From: Negativicutes bacterium
GTDB taxonomy: Bacteria > Bacillota > Negativicutes > UBA1444
Assembly (NCBI GenBank): GCA_963665275.2
Contig: CAXXIN010000016.1
Location: forward strand, 268,395 to 332,394
DNA: 64,000 nt
Reading direction: 5' to 3'
Shown in pieces: positions 1 through 9,690 of this stretch (the first letter of the stretch is position 1; each line of letters opens with the position of its first letter). Position numbers and translations under genes: made by a program. The notes under the pieces were generated by a model. That model saw only the letters and a program-made list of their open reading frames with translations. It ran no database searches and was not told the DNA's origin.

Positions 1-1
1 C

Positions 2-151
2 GAAGCGGGCAGGGCCGCAGATACCGCCACTGGGGGCAAGAGTCTGTGGTCGTACAGCGGCTTGCCCTTTTCCAGCTCCAGTATTATCCTTGGGCTTATT
101 ATCTGGCAAATTGGGTTTTATCATTTTTCGATAAAACGAATGATGAAATGA
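2..151 (+). CDS. 3' end of a gene entering from the left, with a C-terminal hydrophobic segment (partial)
   Basis: Open frame from the window start to TGA at 149-151 (...SSIILGLIIWQIGFYHFSIKRMMK*), convergent with the TMEM165 gene. Confidence 0.4.
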   Translation, partial: EAGRAADTATGGKSLWSYSGLPFSSSSIILGLIIWQIGFYHFSIKRMMK

Positions 152-154
152 CGA

Positions 155-844
155 TTATTGCTTTTCACTCTGTTCTGCAGGGCAAGTTTGCTCCATGATC
201 GGCGGGGTGGAATTGCGGGCTGCCAGCCACATGGAAACAGCCAGGATGAGCAGACTGCCGATGACGATAGGCAGAGTCCAGAAGGCGGACGGTACGTATT
301 CATAGAGTCCCAATATACCAAAACAGATGAATAAAATGGCGGCGCCCCACTTCATCGTACGCTCGGGGATCTTTTTACCCAACACGATACCGAATATGAT
401 CCCTAGCCCGTCGGCGACCATCATGCCTGCGGTTGTTCCGAGCCAGACCGGGAGAATGGTATTGAATTTTGCCGCTAAAGCGATGGTCGCAAGCTGGGTT
501 TTATCCCCCATTTCCGCAATGAAAAAGGCAATGGCAACCGTCCAGAACGGGTTGAATTTGTCTTTTTCCGCTTCGTCACCCAGTTCATCGCCACGAATGG
601 TCCAGATTCCAAAAGCGATGAAGGAAATGGCTGCGCCGATTTGAATGTATGATAACGGAATAAATGCGGTCAGATAGTTGCCGACGAGGACGGCGAACAG
701 ATGATTCAGCACGGTAGCGACAAATACGCCCCACATGACGGTTTGCCAGCGAAAGCGGCAGGCGAAAGCCATGGCGAGAAGCTGGGTTTTGTCGCCCATT
801 TCGGCGAGTACGACAAAGGCAAGGGATGTCAGAAATGCGGTCAT
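155..844 (-). CDS. TMEM165/GDT1 (UPF0016) family putative Mn2+/Ca2+ transporter
   Basis: Two copies of AEMGDKTQL; AGGAGG RBS before ATG at 844 (the ORF track extends the start into the riboswitch). Confidence 0.93.
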   Translation of the reverse strand: MTAFLTSLAFVVLAEMGDKTQLLAMAFACRFRWQTVMWGVFVATVLNHLFAVLVGNYLTAFIPLSYIQIGAAISFIAFGIWTIRGDELGDEAEKDKFNPFWTVAIAFFIAEMGDKTQLATIALAAKFNTILPVWLGTTAGMMVADGLGIIFGIVLGKKIPERTMKWGAAILFICFGILGLYEYVPSAFWTLPIVIGSLLILAVSMWLAARNSTPPIMEQTCPAEQSEKQ

Positions 845-888
845 CAAAATAAGTCCTCCTTCTTCGAATAGGCAATAGTGCAGGCAAA

Positions 889-941
889 ATAAAAAGCGAG
901 ACACTTCGGCCTGACGATATTCGTCAGGCCGAAGGTCTCGC
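889..941 (-). terminator. Riboswitch expression-platform intrinsic terminator
   Basis: Minus strand GCGAGACCTTCGGCCTGACGA-ata-TCGTCAGGCCGAAGTGTCTCGC followed by TTTTTATTTT. Confidence 0.85.
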
Positions 942-1020
942 TGATTGACTTTCGCCAACGGTTCGGCCAGGCATTTCTGCCAGTATGTTGACCGGACCTT
1001 AGACAGCTACTCCCCCTCGG
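928..1020 (-). ncRNA. yybP-ykoY manganese riboswitch
   Basis: Minus strand GGGGAGTAGC...GGTCAACATACT...TTGGCGAAAG...GCGAGACC, upstream of a TMEM165 gene. Confidence 0.92.
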
Positions 1021-1034
1021 GATTAATAAATCAT

Positions 1035-1063
1035 ATTCTATTCATATTGACGACGCTTGTCAA
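1035..1063 (-). promoter_or_regulatory. SigA-type promoter for the riboswitch/TMEM165 transcript
   Basis: TTGACA-17 nt-TAGAAT on the minus strand just upstream of the aptamer. Confidence 0.75.
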
Positions 1064-1073
1064 GTAGGTCAAA

Positions 1074-2255
1074 TTATTTTTTCAACAAGTCAATTGCCGC
1101 TACCGCCATCGATGTCGCCATGATGGCAATCGCATCTTCGTCAATAGCAAAGGTTGAGCTATGTCCCGGCGAAGTTAATCCTTTTTCAGGATTGCTGCTT
1201 CCAACGTAGAAAAAGGCGCCGGGGACTTTTTCCAGATAATAAGCCATATCTTCGCCGCCCATTGAAGGATCCGGCCGTTGCGAAACCTGATCGGGTCCCC
1301 ATACGCGTTTTAGAGTATTTTCAACATGCCCGGTTATTTCAATGTTGTTGACGAGCGGCGGATAGCCGAAGTGATAGGAAAATCGATAATCAGCCCGCAT
1401 GCTGGAGGTAACACCTGCGATGACTCGCTCGATACGCTCCGGCAGGCTTTGGCGCAGCTCCGGGTCTATCGCCCTCACGGTGCCTTTCATATTGATTTCA
1501 TCCGCAATGATGTTGTAAGCATATCCGCCGTTGATCATGCCGATCGAAACAACCACCGGCTTTATCGGGTTGATTTCCCGACTGGCAATTGTCTGCAAGG
1601 CATTTACAACCTGACAGGCGACCGCTACGGCGTCCACGCCTTGATGCGGCGCCGCTCCATGGCAGCCTTTGCCGACAATGGCAATATCAATGGCGTCGAG
1701 ACAGGCCATCGCCGGACCATAGCGGACCGCTAATTTCCCTACCGGCATATCCTGCCAAACGTGAGCGCCGACGATCGCATCGACACCTTCCAGCACACCT
1801 TGCTCAATCATAGGTTTGGCGCCGCCCGGTCCTTCTTCGGCCGGCTGGAAAATGAGTTTGACTGAACCGGACAACTCTTGGCGAATTTCGCCCAGAACCA
1901 TGGCAGCTCCCAGGAGCGAGGCTGTATGCACGTCATGTCCGCAAGCATGCATGACTCCTTCATTAACGGAGGCATAAGGCAAGCCTGTTTTTTCGGTCAG
2001 GGTCAGCGCATCCATGTCTGCACGCAGAGCAACCATTTTGCCGGGTTTTCCTCCATGAATAACAGCTACGACACCGGTCTCGGCAATGCCTGTTTGGTGT
2101 TCAATGCCCAGGTCGGTCAGTACTTTGCTGACATACCGGGCGGTGTCATGCTCTTGAAATCCAATCTCCGGGTGCTGGTGGAAATGCCGACGCATCTCGA
2201 TTAGCTTGGGCTCCAGTTCTTTCACTCTTTGCTTGATCCAACTATCAGTTAGCAT
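1074..2255 (-). CDS. M20 family amidohydrolase (Acy1/HipO-like)
   Basis: RRHFHQHPE, ALRADMDAL, MHACGHD, FQPAEE and MGGED motifs. Confidence 0.93.
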   Translation of the reverse strand: MLTDSWIKQRVKELEPKLIEMRRHFHQHPEIGFQEHDTARYVSKVLTDLGIEHQTGIAETGVVAVIHGGKPGKMVALRADMDALTLTEKTGLPYASVNEGVMHACGHDVHTASLLGAAMVLGEIRQELSGSVKLIFQPAEEGPGGAKPMIEQGVLEGVDAIVGAHVWQDMPVGKLAVRYGPAMACLDAIDIAIVGKGCHGAAPHQGVDAVAVACQVVNALQTIASREINPIKPVVVSIGMINGGYAYNIIADEINMKGTVRAIDPELRQSLPERIERVIAGVTSSMRADYRFSYHFGYPPLVNNIEITGHVENTLKRVWGPDQVSQRPDPSMGGEDMAYYLEKVPGAFFYVGSSNPEKGLTSPGHSSTFAIDEDAIAIMATSMAVAAIDLLKK

Positions 2256-2282
2256 TGGCTCAGATCCTTTCTTTATTCTAAA

Positions 2283-3245
2283 TTAACCGGCAAAACTGCC
2301 AGTCAGGTGACACGCCACGAACCCGCCCTGGTTGTTAGGCAGTAACGCAGGTGCGGTCTCTTTGCAGATATCTTTGCGATACAGGCACCTGCCATAGAAA
2401 CGACAGCCTGGAGCCGGATTGATGGGGCTGGGAATATCCCCGCAGAGGATAATCCGGTTCCGGCTGACATCCAGTTTGGGAATAGGGACAGCCGATAACA
2501 GCGCCTGCGTATAAGGATGCTGCGGTCGTTCAAAAATCGTTTTATTGTCGGCCAGCTCGACGATTTTCCCCAGATACATAACGGCAATTCTTTTGCTCAT
2601 ATGCTTCACTACGCTTAAATTGTGCGAAATAAACAAATAGGTAAGTCCGAAATCGCGTTGCAAGCCGCGCAAAAGGTTCAATATCTGCGCCTGGATGCAA
2701 ACGTCCAAAGCCGACACGGGTTCATCCAATACGATGAATTCCGGATCCAGCGCCAAGGCTCTGGCCACCCCTATCCGTTGACGCCTGCCGCCATCCAGTT
2801 CATGCGGGTAGCTATTGATAAGCCTTGCCGCCAAGCCGACGGTATTCATCAGAAACAGGATTCGATCCTGAACTTGTTGCCGGGTTTGAAAAACGTTATT
2901 AACGTACAGCGGCTCGGCGATCAGCTCGAACACTGTCAGGCGCGGATTCAGTGAAGAGTAGGGATCCTGAAACACGATTTGCATTTTTTTTCGTGCTTCT
3001 TTTACCTGCGCTTTATTCAATGCCAGCACATTGACGCCGTTATACAGGACTTCCCCGCCTGTCGCCTCCAATAAGCGAATCAACAGGCGCCCTGTTGTGG
3101 ATTTGCCGCAGCCTGATTCCCCAACAAGCCCTAAAGTCTCCCCTTTGTCGATATGAAAATTTACATCATCCACCGCATGCAGAAGTCCTTTTTTTGTCGG
3201 AAAGTATTTTTTAAGGTTTTTTACTTCCATCAACTTGTCTGTCAT
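2283..3245 (-). CDS. Oligo/dipeptide ABC transporter ATP-binding subunit (OppF/DppF-like)
   Basis: GESGCGKST, LDEPVSALD, HPYT and C-terminal GCRF...CH. Confidence 0.93.
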   Translation of the reverse strand: MTDKLMEVKNLKKYFPTKKGLLHAVDDVNFHIDKGETLGLVGESGCGKSTTGRLLIRLLEATGGEVLYNGVNVLALNKAQVKEARKKMQIVFQDPYSSLNPRLTVFELIAEPLYVNNVFQTRQQVQDRILFLMNTVGLAARLINSYPHELDGGRRQRIGVARALALDPEFIVLDEPVSALDVCIQAQILNLLRGLQRDFGLTYLFISHNLSVVKHMSKRIAVMYLGKIVELADNKTIFERPQHPYTQALLSAVPIPKLDVSRNRIILCGDIPSPINPAPGCRFYGRCLYRKDICKETAPALLPNNQGGFVACHLTGSFAG

Positions 3246-3263
3246 AAAATCCTCCCGAGGTTA

Positions 3264-4226
3264 TTACTCAAACAAAAAACATGAAACATGGTGACCGGGA
3301 TCCACTTCAATCCTGCGAGGGATCGATTGCGAGCAGCGGGGCAGGGCCGCGGGACATCGTGGATGAAAGGCGCAGCCTGGCGGTAGGTTGGTCGGATCGG
3401 GCATCTGTCCCTTGATTACTTGCAGATCCTCCTGCTCCCCGTCAATATCGGGAATGGAGTTAAACAGACCGATGGTGTAAGGGTGACGCGGCTGGGTGAA
3501 CAGAGCGCGTTTGTCGGCGTACTCGACAACGTTCCCGGCGTACATAATGGCAACTTTGTCGCACGTGTCGGCAACAATTCCCAGATCGTGCGTAATCAAA
3601 AGCATAGAAGTTCCGATTCGGTCTTTAAGTTCTTGCATGAGCGCCAAAACTTGCGCTTGGATGGTAACGTCCAAAGCGGTTGTCGGCTCATCGGCAATCA
3701 GTAGGACAGGATTGCAGGCCAAAGCTATCGCAATCACCACGCGTTGTTTCATGCCGCCGCTGAACTGGTGGGGATAGTCTTTCGCTCTTTCTGCTTGAAT
3801 ATCCACCATTTCCAGCATTTTTTCGGCTTTTTCCATCGCTTGTACTTTGCCGATTTTCTCGTGAATTATGATCATTTCCGCGATTTGTTCGCCCACGGTC
3901 ATATTCGGGTTTAATGAGGTCATAGGGTCCTGAAAAATCATGGCGATTTTTTTGCCGCGGATCGCTCTGATCTCGTCAACGGATGTAAGCAGCAAATCCT
4001 GCCCCTCAAAAAGGATCTGTCCCTGGATGATTCGGCCTGGCGACTCAATAAGGCGCATAACGGCCAAAGCTGTTGTCGTTTTCCCTGCCCCTGTCTCACC
4101 AACGAATCCTAAGGTTTCACCAAAACCAAGCTCCATATTCAGATGATCGACGGCTCGAACCGTCCCATCCTCGACAGCATATTGTACAACCAGATCTTTT
4201 ATTTCCAACAAGGGTGTCTGTGTCAT
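3264..4226 (-). CDS. Oligo/dipeptide ABC transporter ATP-binding subunit (OppD/DppD-like)
   Basis: GETGAGKTT, FSGGMKQR, ADEPTTALD, GCAFHPRC. Confidence 0.93.
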   Translation of the reverse strand: MTQTPLLEIKDLVVQYAVEDGTVRAVDHLNMELGFGETLGFVGETGAGKTTTALAVMRLIESPGRIIQGQILFEGQDLLLTSVDEIRAIRGKKIAMIFQDPMTSLNPNMTVGEQIAEMIIIHEKIGKVQAMEKAEKMLEMVDIQAERAKDYPHQFSGGMKQRVVIAIALACNPVLLIADEPTTALDVTIQAQVLALMQELKDRIGTSMLLITHDLGIVADTCDKVAIMYAGNVVEYADKRALFTQPRHPYTIGLFNSIPDIDGEQEDLQVIKGQMPDPTNLPPGCAFHPRCPAALPRCSQSIPRRIEVDPGHHVSCFLFE

Positions 4227-4245
4227 AGCGAACCCCTTTCAACGC

Positions 4246-5127
4246 CTAATTTTTCAATTTCGGGTCAAGCGCATCACGCAGCCCATCACCAAGTAAGTTA
4301 AGGCCGAAAACAGTGATCATGATCGCCATGCCGGGGAAAACCGTCATAAACCAATAGTTCCGGATGAACGACCTGCCGCCGGATAACATCGCCCCCCACT
4401 CAGGGACTGGCGGCTGTATTCCCAACCCGATAAAGCTGAGGGCGGCCGCGACGATGATGGCCGTAGCGACACCCAAGGTGCTCTGGACAATCAACGGAGC
4501 TAAACAATTTGGCAGAATGTGCTTGAATATGATTCGGAGGTCACTTGAGCCAACCGCACGAGCAGCTTCCACAAATTCATAGTCGCGGATGGTCAAGACT
4601 GACGCATGAACAATTCTCGCATAGCGCGGAATCGATGAAATCCCAACTGCGATCATGAGGTTGACTAAGCCCGGCCCCAGCGCGGCGACGATGGATATCG
4701 CCAACAAAATCGAAGGGATGGATAAGAGGATATCCATGGAACGCATGATCAATTGATCCAGCTTGCCGCCATAGTAACCGGCAATCGCGCCGAGAAAGCC
4801 CCCGATAATAATGGAAATCCCGACGGAAAGAAAGCCGACCTCCAGCGAAATTCGGGCCCCATAGACTATTCGGCTAAAAATATCGCGGCCAAAATCATCG
4901 GTTCCAAACAAATGTTTAATACTAGGATATTGAAACGTCTCCTTGAGGTTTTGCTGGGCATAGGGATAGGGCGCAATAAATTCAGCAAAAATTGCAGTAA
5001 CAAACAACAAACCGATGATCACCAAACCGCACATGGCCATTTTGCTTCTTTTCAACCGACGCCACGTGACAAACAGCTGGCTTTGCTTCTTGGGGATTTT
5101 TTCAACTATATCGCTTTGAGAACTCAC
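4246..5127 (-). CDS. Peptide ABC transporter permease (OppC/DppC-like)
   Basis: HLFGTDDFGRD, EAA loop, GDGLRDALDP; start uncertain (GTG at 5127 chosen for its RBS). Confidence 0.9.
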   Translation of the reverse strand: MSSQSDIVEKIPKKQSQLFVTWRRLKRSKMAMCGLVIIGLLFVTAIFAEFIAPYPYAQQNLKETFQYPSIKHLFGTDDFGRDIFSRIVYGARISLEVGFLSVGISIIIGGFLGAIAGYYGGKLDQLIMRSMDILLSIPSILLAISIVAALGPGLVNLMIAVGISSIPRYARIVHASVLTIRDYEFVEAARAVGSSDLRIIFKHILPNCLAPLIVQSTLGVATAIIVAAALSFIGLGIQPPVPEWGAMLSGGRSFIRNYWFMTVFPGMAIMITVFGLNLLGDGLRDALDPKLKN

Positions 5128-5140
5128 CTGATTCACCCCG

Positions 5141-6071
5141 TTATTTATATTGAGATCGAATTCGCGGATTGACATACGCATACAGCAAATCGACGATGAG
5201 GTTAATCACACAGAATGCAATGGCAATGACCAAAACTCCCCCTTGAACGATGGGGAAGTCCCGCATTTTTATCGCTTCGACCATTAACCTCCCCAGCCCC
5301 GGAATCGAAAAAATCGTTTCCGTCAGAACCGCGCCACCTAACAAGCTGCCGAATTGAAGGCCGACCACCGTGATGATAGGGACCAGTGCATTGCCTAACG
5401 CATGCCGCAGAATGATGACCGACTCGGTCTGCCCTTTGGCGCGGACCGTTCGGATATAGTCCTGCCGAATCACTTCCAGCATGCTGGACCGGGTCATTCT
5501 CGCAATAATCGCCGTCGATAGACCGCCGAGAGCGATCATGGGCATGATCATTTGATCGATGCGGTCATAACCGGAAGCAGGCAACCAATTGAGCTGAACT
5601 GTAAAGAGTAGAATGAGCAATAGGCCCAGCCAGAAAATCGGCATGGAAGTTCCGATAAGCGCCAGAATCATCGCCACAGTATCAATGAGCGAATACGGTT
5701 TAATTGCAGAGATGATGCCGGCGGGAATCCCGATGACCATGGAGAAAATCACAGCCGTTGGTCGCCAATTTCATCGTGATGAAGAAGGCAGGGATTATTT
5801 CATTGAGAACCGGGCTGTTGCTGATATACGAACGTCCGATGTCTTGAAAAAGAATCAGGTTTTTCAAGAAAGTCGCGTATTGCACGATAAAGGGTTGATC
5901 CAATCCCATTTCCTGCCGCAATAGCAGGACTTGATCCGGGCTGGCCTGCGTACCCAAAATCAAGGCGGCAGGATCGCCTGGCGTCAGATAAAGCATGGTA
6001 AAAACGATGAAAGTGACTCCCAAGATAACGGGTACTAAAAAAAGAATGCGGCGAAAAACATATTTTAGCAT
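5141..6071 (-). CDS. Peptide ABC transporter permease (OppB/DppB-like), single frameshift near 5759
   Basis: N-half (PGDPA, GLDQP) and C-half (RSSMLEV, ETIFSIPGLG, DLLY) lie in different frames; removing one base rejoins them. Confidence 0.88.
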
Positions 6072-6154
6072 TAGTACCTCCAAAACATACCTAACTCACT
6101 TGCAAGAACTAAGGGGCATAGCTTGGCTACACCCCTTGGTCAATCAGATTAATA

Positions 6155-7717
6155 TTATTCGAATGAGACGTTAAACAAATTGTGGACAGCACCGGGGCTG
6201 GCTTTAAAGCCTTTGACGTTCTTTTTGGCTCCGATCACCTGTTCGCCGTTCAAAAGGGGTAGGTAGGGAAGATCAGCCATGATAATCTGCTGAATTTCCT
6301 GATAAGCTTGTTTTTTTGCATCTCCGTCATCCATTGCTTTGGCCTTAACGATGAGCGCATCAACTTTGGGGTTGGAATAGAACGCTCTGTTTCCGGCTGC
6401 ACCGAGGTTCTTGGAGTTGAATAGGGGGTCCAGGATTTGATCAGGGTCGTTGATCGAGACGGTCCAACTCATCAGGAACATGGAGTGTTCCCCTTTGCCG
6501 GTCTTCTCGAAATAAGCGCCCCATTCAAACACTTTGATCTCAATTTCAACGCCGACTTCTTTTAACATGTTCTGCATGATCTGCGCCATATCAATTCTTT
6601 CTTTGCGGTCATTGGTCCAGATTTCGAGTTTCAAGCCACTGGCATAGCCGGCTTCTTTCAAGAGCTGCCGTGCTTTTTCCGGATTGTATTCGTGCTGTTT
6701 CAGTGAATTATCGGCATAAATCAAGTTGGGGGCGACCATTCCTGTCGCTGGTTTACCGACTCCGCGCCACGCAGATTCGACGACCGACTTGGTATCGATT
6801 GCATAGGAGAAGGCCTGCCGAACCCGGATGTCATCAAAAGGTTTTTTACCGGCGTTAAAGCCCATGTATGTCACAGAGTTGTCGATTACGCGGAAAAGTT
6901 GCAGACCTTTATTATCTTCAACTCGTTTCACGTCATTGGTAGTAACATCCAGGGCGATGTCGACGCCACCGCTCTCCAGTTCAATCACCCGATTGGTTCC
7001 TTCGGGAATGATCCGAATGACAACGTCCTTAATTTTGCTTTTTTCGCCGTAATAATCATCAAAGCGAGTCAACGCGATTTGGTTGCCTCTCTTCCAGCTG
7101 ACAAACTTGTACTTGCCGGTTCCAACCGGATTTTGCCCATAGTCTTTGCCGGCACTTTTCACGGCTTTCTCATTTAACATCGACAAATTATCGGCGGAAA
7201 GAACCGCCAAAAATCCTGGATAGGGAGTTTTCAATTTGATGATAATGGTATAATCATCCACCACTTTGATGCCGCCGACATCGATATTGCTGACCAGCGA
7301 GCCAATGGAAGCGCCCGCAGGCGTAACGGCGCGCTCGAAGGTGAACTTCACATCGCTGGCTTTGAATATTTCCCCGTTGTGGAATTTGACGCCTTTTCTC
7401 AGTTTAAACTCATAAGTCAAATCATCAATTTTTTTGTAAGACTCTGCCAATGCTGGTACAATTTTGTTACTTGCTTCATCCATTACCAGTAACGTATTGT
7501 AGATTTGGCGATTAATCTGGTTGGAAAAAATATCCCGGCTTCCCTGCGGGTCTAGACTTTTGGCATCCGATCCCATCGCTACTGTAAGGATGTCCTTTGT
7601 TTTCGCAGCGTCCGGCTTGCTCCCGGACCCCCCGCAACCGGCGATGACAGCCGCACTTACTACCAGCAAGATGATGAACAAACAAGCCCTGATGATTTTA
7701 CCCATTCTTCCCAACAA
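6155..7717 (-). CDS. Peptide ABC transporter substrate-binding lipoprotein (SBP family 5, GsiB/DppA-like)
   Basis: Lipobox IAGC, SLDP, LRKGVKFHNG, PVGTG, D-RVRQA. Confidence 0.92.
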   Translation of the reverse strand: MLGRMGKIIRACLFIILLVVSAAVIAGCGGSGSKPDAAKTKDILTVAMGSDAKSLDPQGSRDIFSNQINRQIYNTLLVMDEASNKIVPALAESYKKIDDLTYEFKLRKGVKFHNGEIFKASDVKFTFERAVTPAGASIGSLVSNIDVGGIKVVDDYTIIIKLKTPYPGFLAVLSADNLSMLNEKAVKSAGKDYGQNPVGTGKYKFVSWKRGNQIALTRFDDYYGEKSKIKDVVIRIIPEGTNRVIELESGGVDIALDVTTNDVKRVEDNKGLQLFRVIDNSVTYMGFNAGKKPFDDIRVRQAFSYAIDTKSVVESAWRGVGKPATGMVAPNLIYADNSLKQHEYNPEKARQLLKEAGYASGLKLEIWTNDRKERIDMAQIMQNMLKEVGVEIEIKVFEWGAYFEKTGKGEHSMFLMSWTVSINDPDQILDPLFNSKNLGAAGNRAFYSNPKVDALIVKAKAMDDGDAKKQAYQEIQQIIMADLPYLPLLNGEQVIGAKKNVKGFKASPGAVHNLFNVSFE

Positions 7718-7978
7718 CTCCCCTTCTATATTTCAATGGCAATAACACACAAACGGGATAAAACTGAAGCAAAGTGCACACATAAATAAGTAAAAAAATG
7801 AAGCCATACGCATTAAAATGCGATGGCTTCGTGCCACCAAAACTCATGCGAAAAAAGAAAGTCATTCTCCTGAAAGAGGTTGATTTTTCTGGTAGCATGG
7901 AGTGTAGTGAATTATGACTGATTTTAGCAAAATCACCCGGCGAATGTCAATACGCCGGATCCTTGCGAGCGCTTGCTG

Positions 7979-8006
7979 TTGTCAGGATGCATCGGTATAG
8001 TATAAT
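7979..8006 (+). promoter_or_regulatory. Putative SigA promoter of the flippase gene
   Basis: TTGTCA-16 nt-TATAAT. Confidence 0.45.
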
Positions 8007-8041
8007 GTAGTGCCATTATAAAAAGGATGAGGGGTAACCGA

Positions 8042-9661
8042 ATGCCAGGCAATGAAACAACCCATAACGCACCGGAGAAATCAGGGCGGCGGTTTCTGCA
8101 AGGGGCGTTGATTCTGACTATCGCCGGTGTGGTAGTGAAAATCATCGGCAGCTTGAACTGGATATTTTTGTCATGGATTCTCGGCGGGGAAGGCATCGGC
8201 ATCTATCAGATCGCTTTTCCGCTTTATTTATTGGCGCTGAGCCTATCGGAAGCGGGGATTCCGGTCGCGGTGTCGATCCTCACGGCGGAGCGGGCCGCGC
8301 GACGCGATTTTCGGGGCGCAACGAGGGTGTTCCACCTATCTTTTCTGCTGTTGGCAGTTACCGGTCTTGTGCTGAGCCTTTTGCTGTATTTCGGGGCGGA
8401 TTGGCTGATCGATCACCGGGTGATTCGGGATGCCCGGGCCTATTACTCGATTATCGCGCTGACGCCGGCGATTTTCCTGGTGACAGTGCTGTCTAGTTTC
8501 CGTGGTTACTTGCAGGGTTGGCAGATGATGACGCCGACGGCGGTCTCGCAAATCGTCGAACAAATGTTGCGCGTTTTCACCATGCTGTTGTTTGCCCATC
8601 TGCTATTGCCGCGCGGCCTGGAGTTCGCAGCCGGCGGAGCCAGTCTGGGTGCGGCGGTCGGTGCGGTGGGGGCTTTGCTCGTGCTGATCTGGTATTACTA
8701 CCGGCTGCAGCGCAAGCTGCAACCGGAAATGCAGACTCAACAGGAGCTTCAGAGCCAGGAAGGCAGTTTGCCTCTGCTGCGCCGCATTGCATCCCTCGCG
8801 CTGCCTGTTGCCTTGTCCAGCCTGATGCTGCCGGTAGTGGCCAACCTGGACCTGTTCATTGTGCCGCTGCGGCTCGAAGTGGCAGGCTTCACGGTGGGAC
8901 AGGCTACAGAGCGGTTCGGTTATCTCACGGGGATGGCTGTGCCGCTGGTCAATCTGGCGACCATCGTAACGGCATCGCTCGCCGTCAGCCTGGTACCCGC
9001 AATTTCGCAGGCCAAATCACTGGGTCAGCTGCAGGAAGTCGCTTACCGCACAGCGGGAGCGATGCGCCTGGCGAACATCACGACGATCCCGCTCAGTGTA
9101 ATGCTGTGGATCATGGCGGAACCCGTCGTTACGATGATCTACCATGCGCCGGGGGCTGCCGGGGTTACCAAAGTAATGGCTTTCTCCATTTTTCTGCTCG
9201 GATTGCACCAAGTTACGACCGGTGTACTGCAGGGAATGGGACGTACCAGTATCCCGGTCATCAACATGGGATTGGCTGCTGGAGTAAAAGTGGTCCTGAA
9301 CTGGGTGCTGACGGCGATTCCCAGTCTCGGAATCCAGGGCGCCGCACTGGCGACGCTAGCAGATCTGGGATTGGCCGCTGCTCTGAACTTGTATTTTGTG
9401 TATCGTTATACCGGCTATTTCTTTGACTGCGGCGATCTGATGAAAAACATCGTTTCGGCTGCAGTAATGGGAGCGGTGATGCACTTCGGCTATCCTCCGG
9501 TGATGGACTTGCTGGATAATCGATTTTTGGCGGTAGGTTTCGTTTCGTTGGTAGGAGCCTTCACTTACTTGGGCGTGATGATCCTGACAGGTGGCTTGAA
9601 CCGGAGGGATTTGGCGCGGATTCCCGTGATCGGACCGAGAGTGTTCAAAGAAGTGGCGTAA
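8042..9661 (+). CDS. SpoVB/YabM-like polysaccharide biosynthesis (MOP/MurJ family) flippase
   Basis: FLQGALIL, GGEGIGIYQ, GIPVAVS, RGYLQG, PTAVSQIVEQ; many TM helices. Confidence 0.88.
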   Translation: MPGNETTHNAPEKSGRRFLQGALILTIAGVVVKIIGSLNWIFLSWILGGEGIGIYQIAFPLYLLALSLSEAGIPVAVSILTAERAARRDFRGATRVFHLSFLLLAVTGLVLSLLLYFGADWLIDHRVIRDARAYYSIIALTPAIFLVTVLSSFRGYLQGWQMMTPTAVSQIVEQMLRVFTMLLFAHLLLPRGLEFAAGGASLGAAVGAVGALLVLIWYYYRLQRKLQPEMQTQQELQSQEGSLPLLRRIASLALPVALSSLMLPVVANLDLFIVPLRLEVAGFTVGQATERFGYLTGMAVPLVNLATIVTASLAVSLVPAISQAKSLGQLQEVAYRTAGAMRLANITTIPLSVMLWIMAEPVVTMIYHAPGAAGVTKVMAFSIFLLGLHQVTTGVLQGMGRTSIPVINMGLAAGVKVVLNWVLTAIPSLGIQGAALATLADLGLAAALNLYFVYRYTGYFFDCGDLMKNIVSAAVMGAVMHFGYPPVMDLLDNRFLAVGFVSLVGAFTYLGVMILTGGLNRRDLARIPVIGPRVFKEVA

Positions 9662-9690
9662 AAAGCGCTGTACTATTTGGACTATTTGAG

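Noticed and set aside
845-958. N-terminal extension of the TMEM165 ORF
   Set aside because: It runs through the riboswitch terminator; the RBS supports ATG at 844
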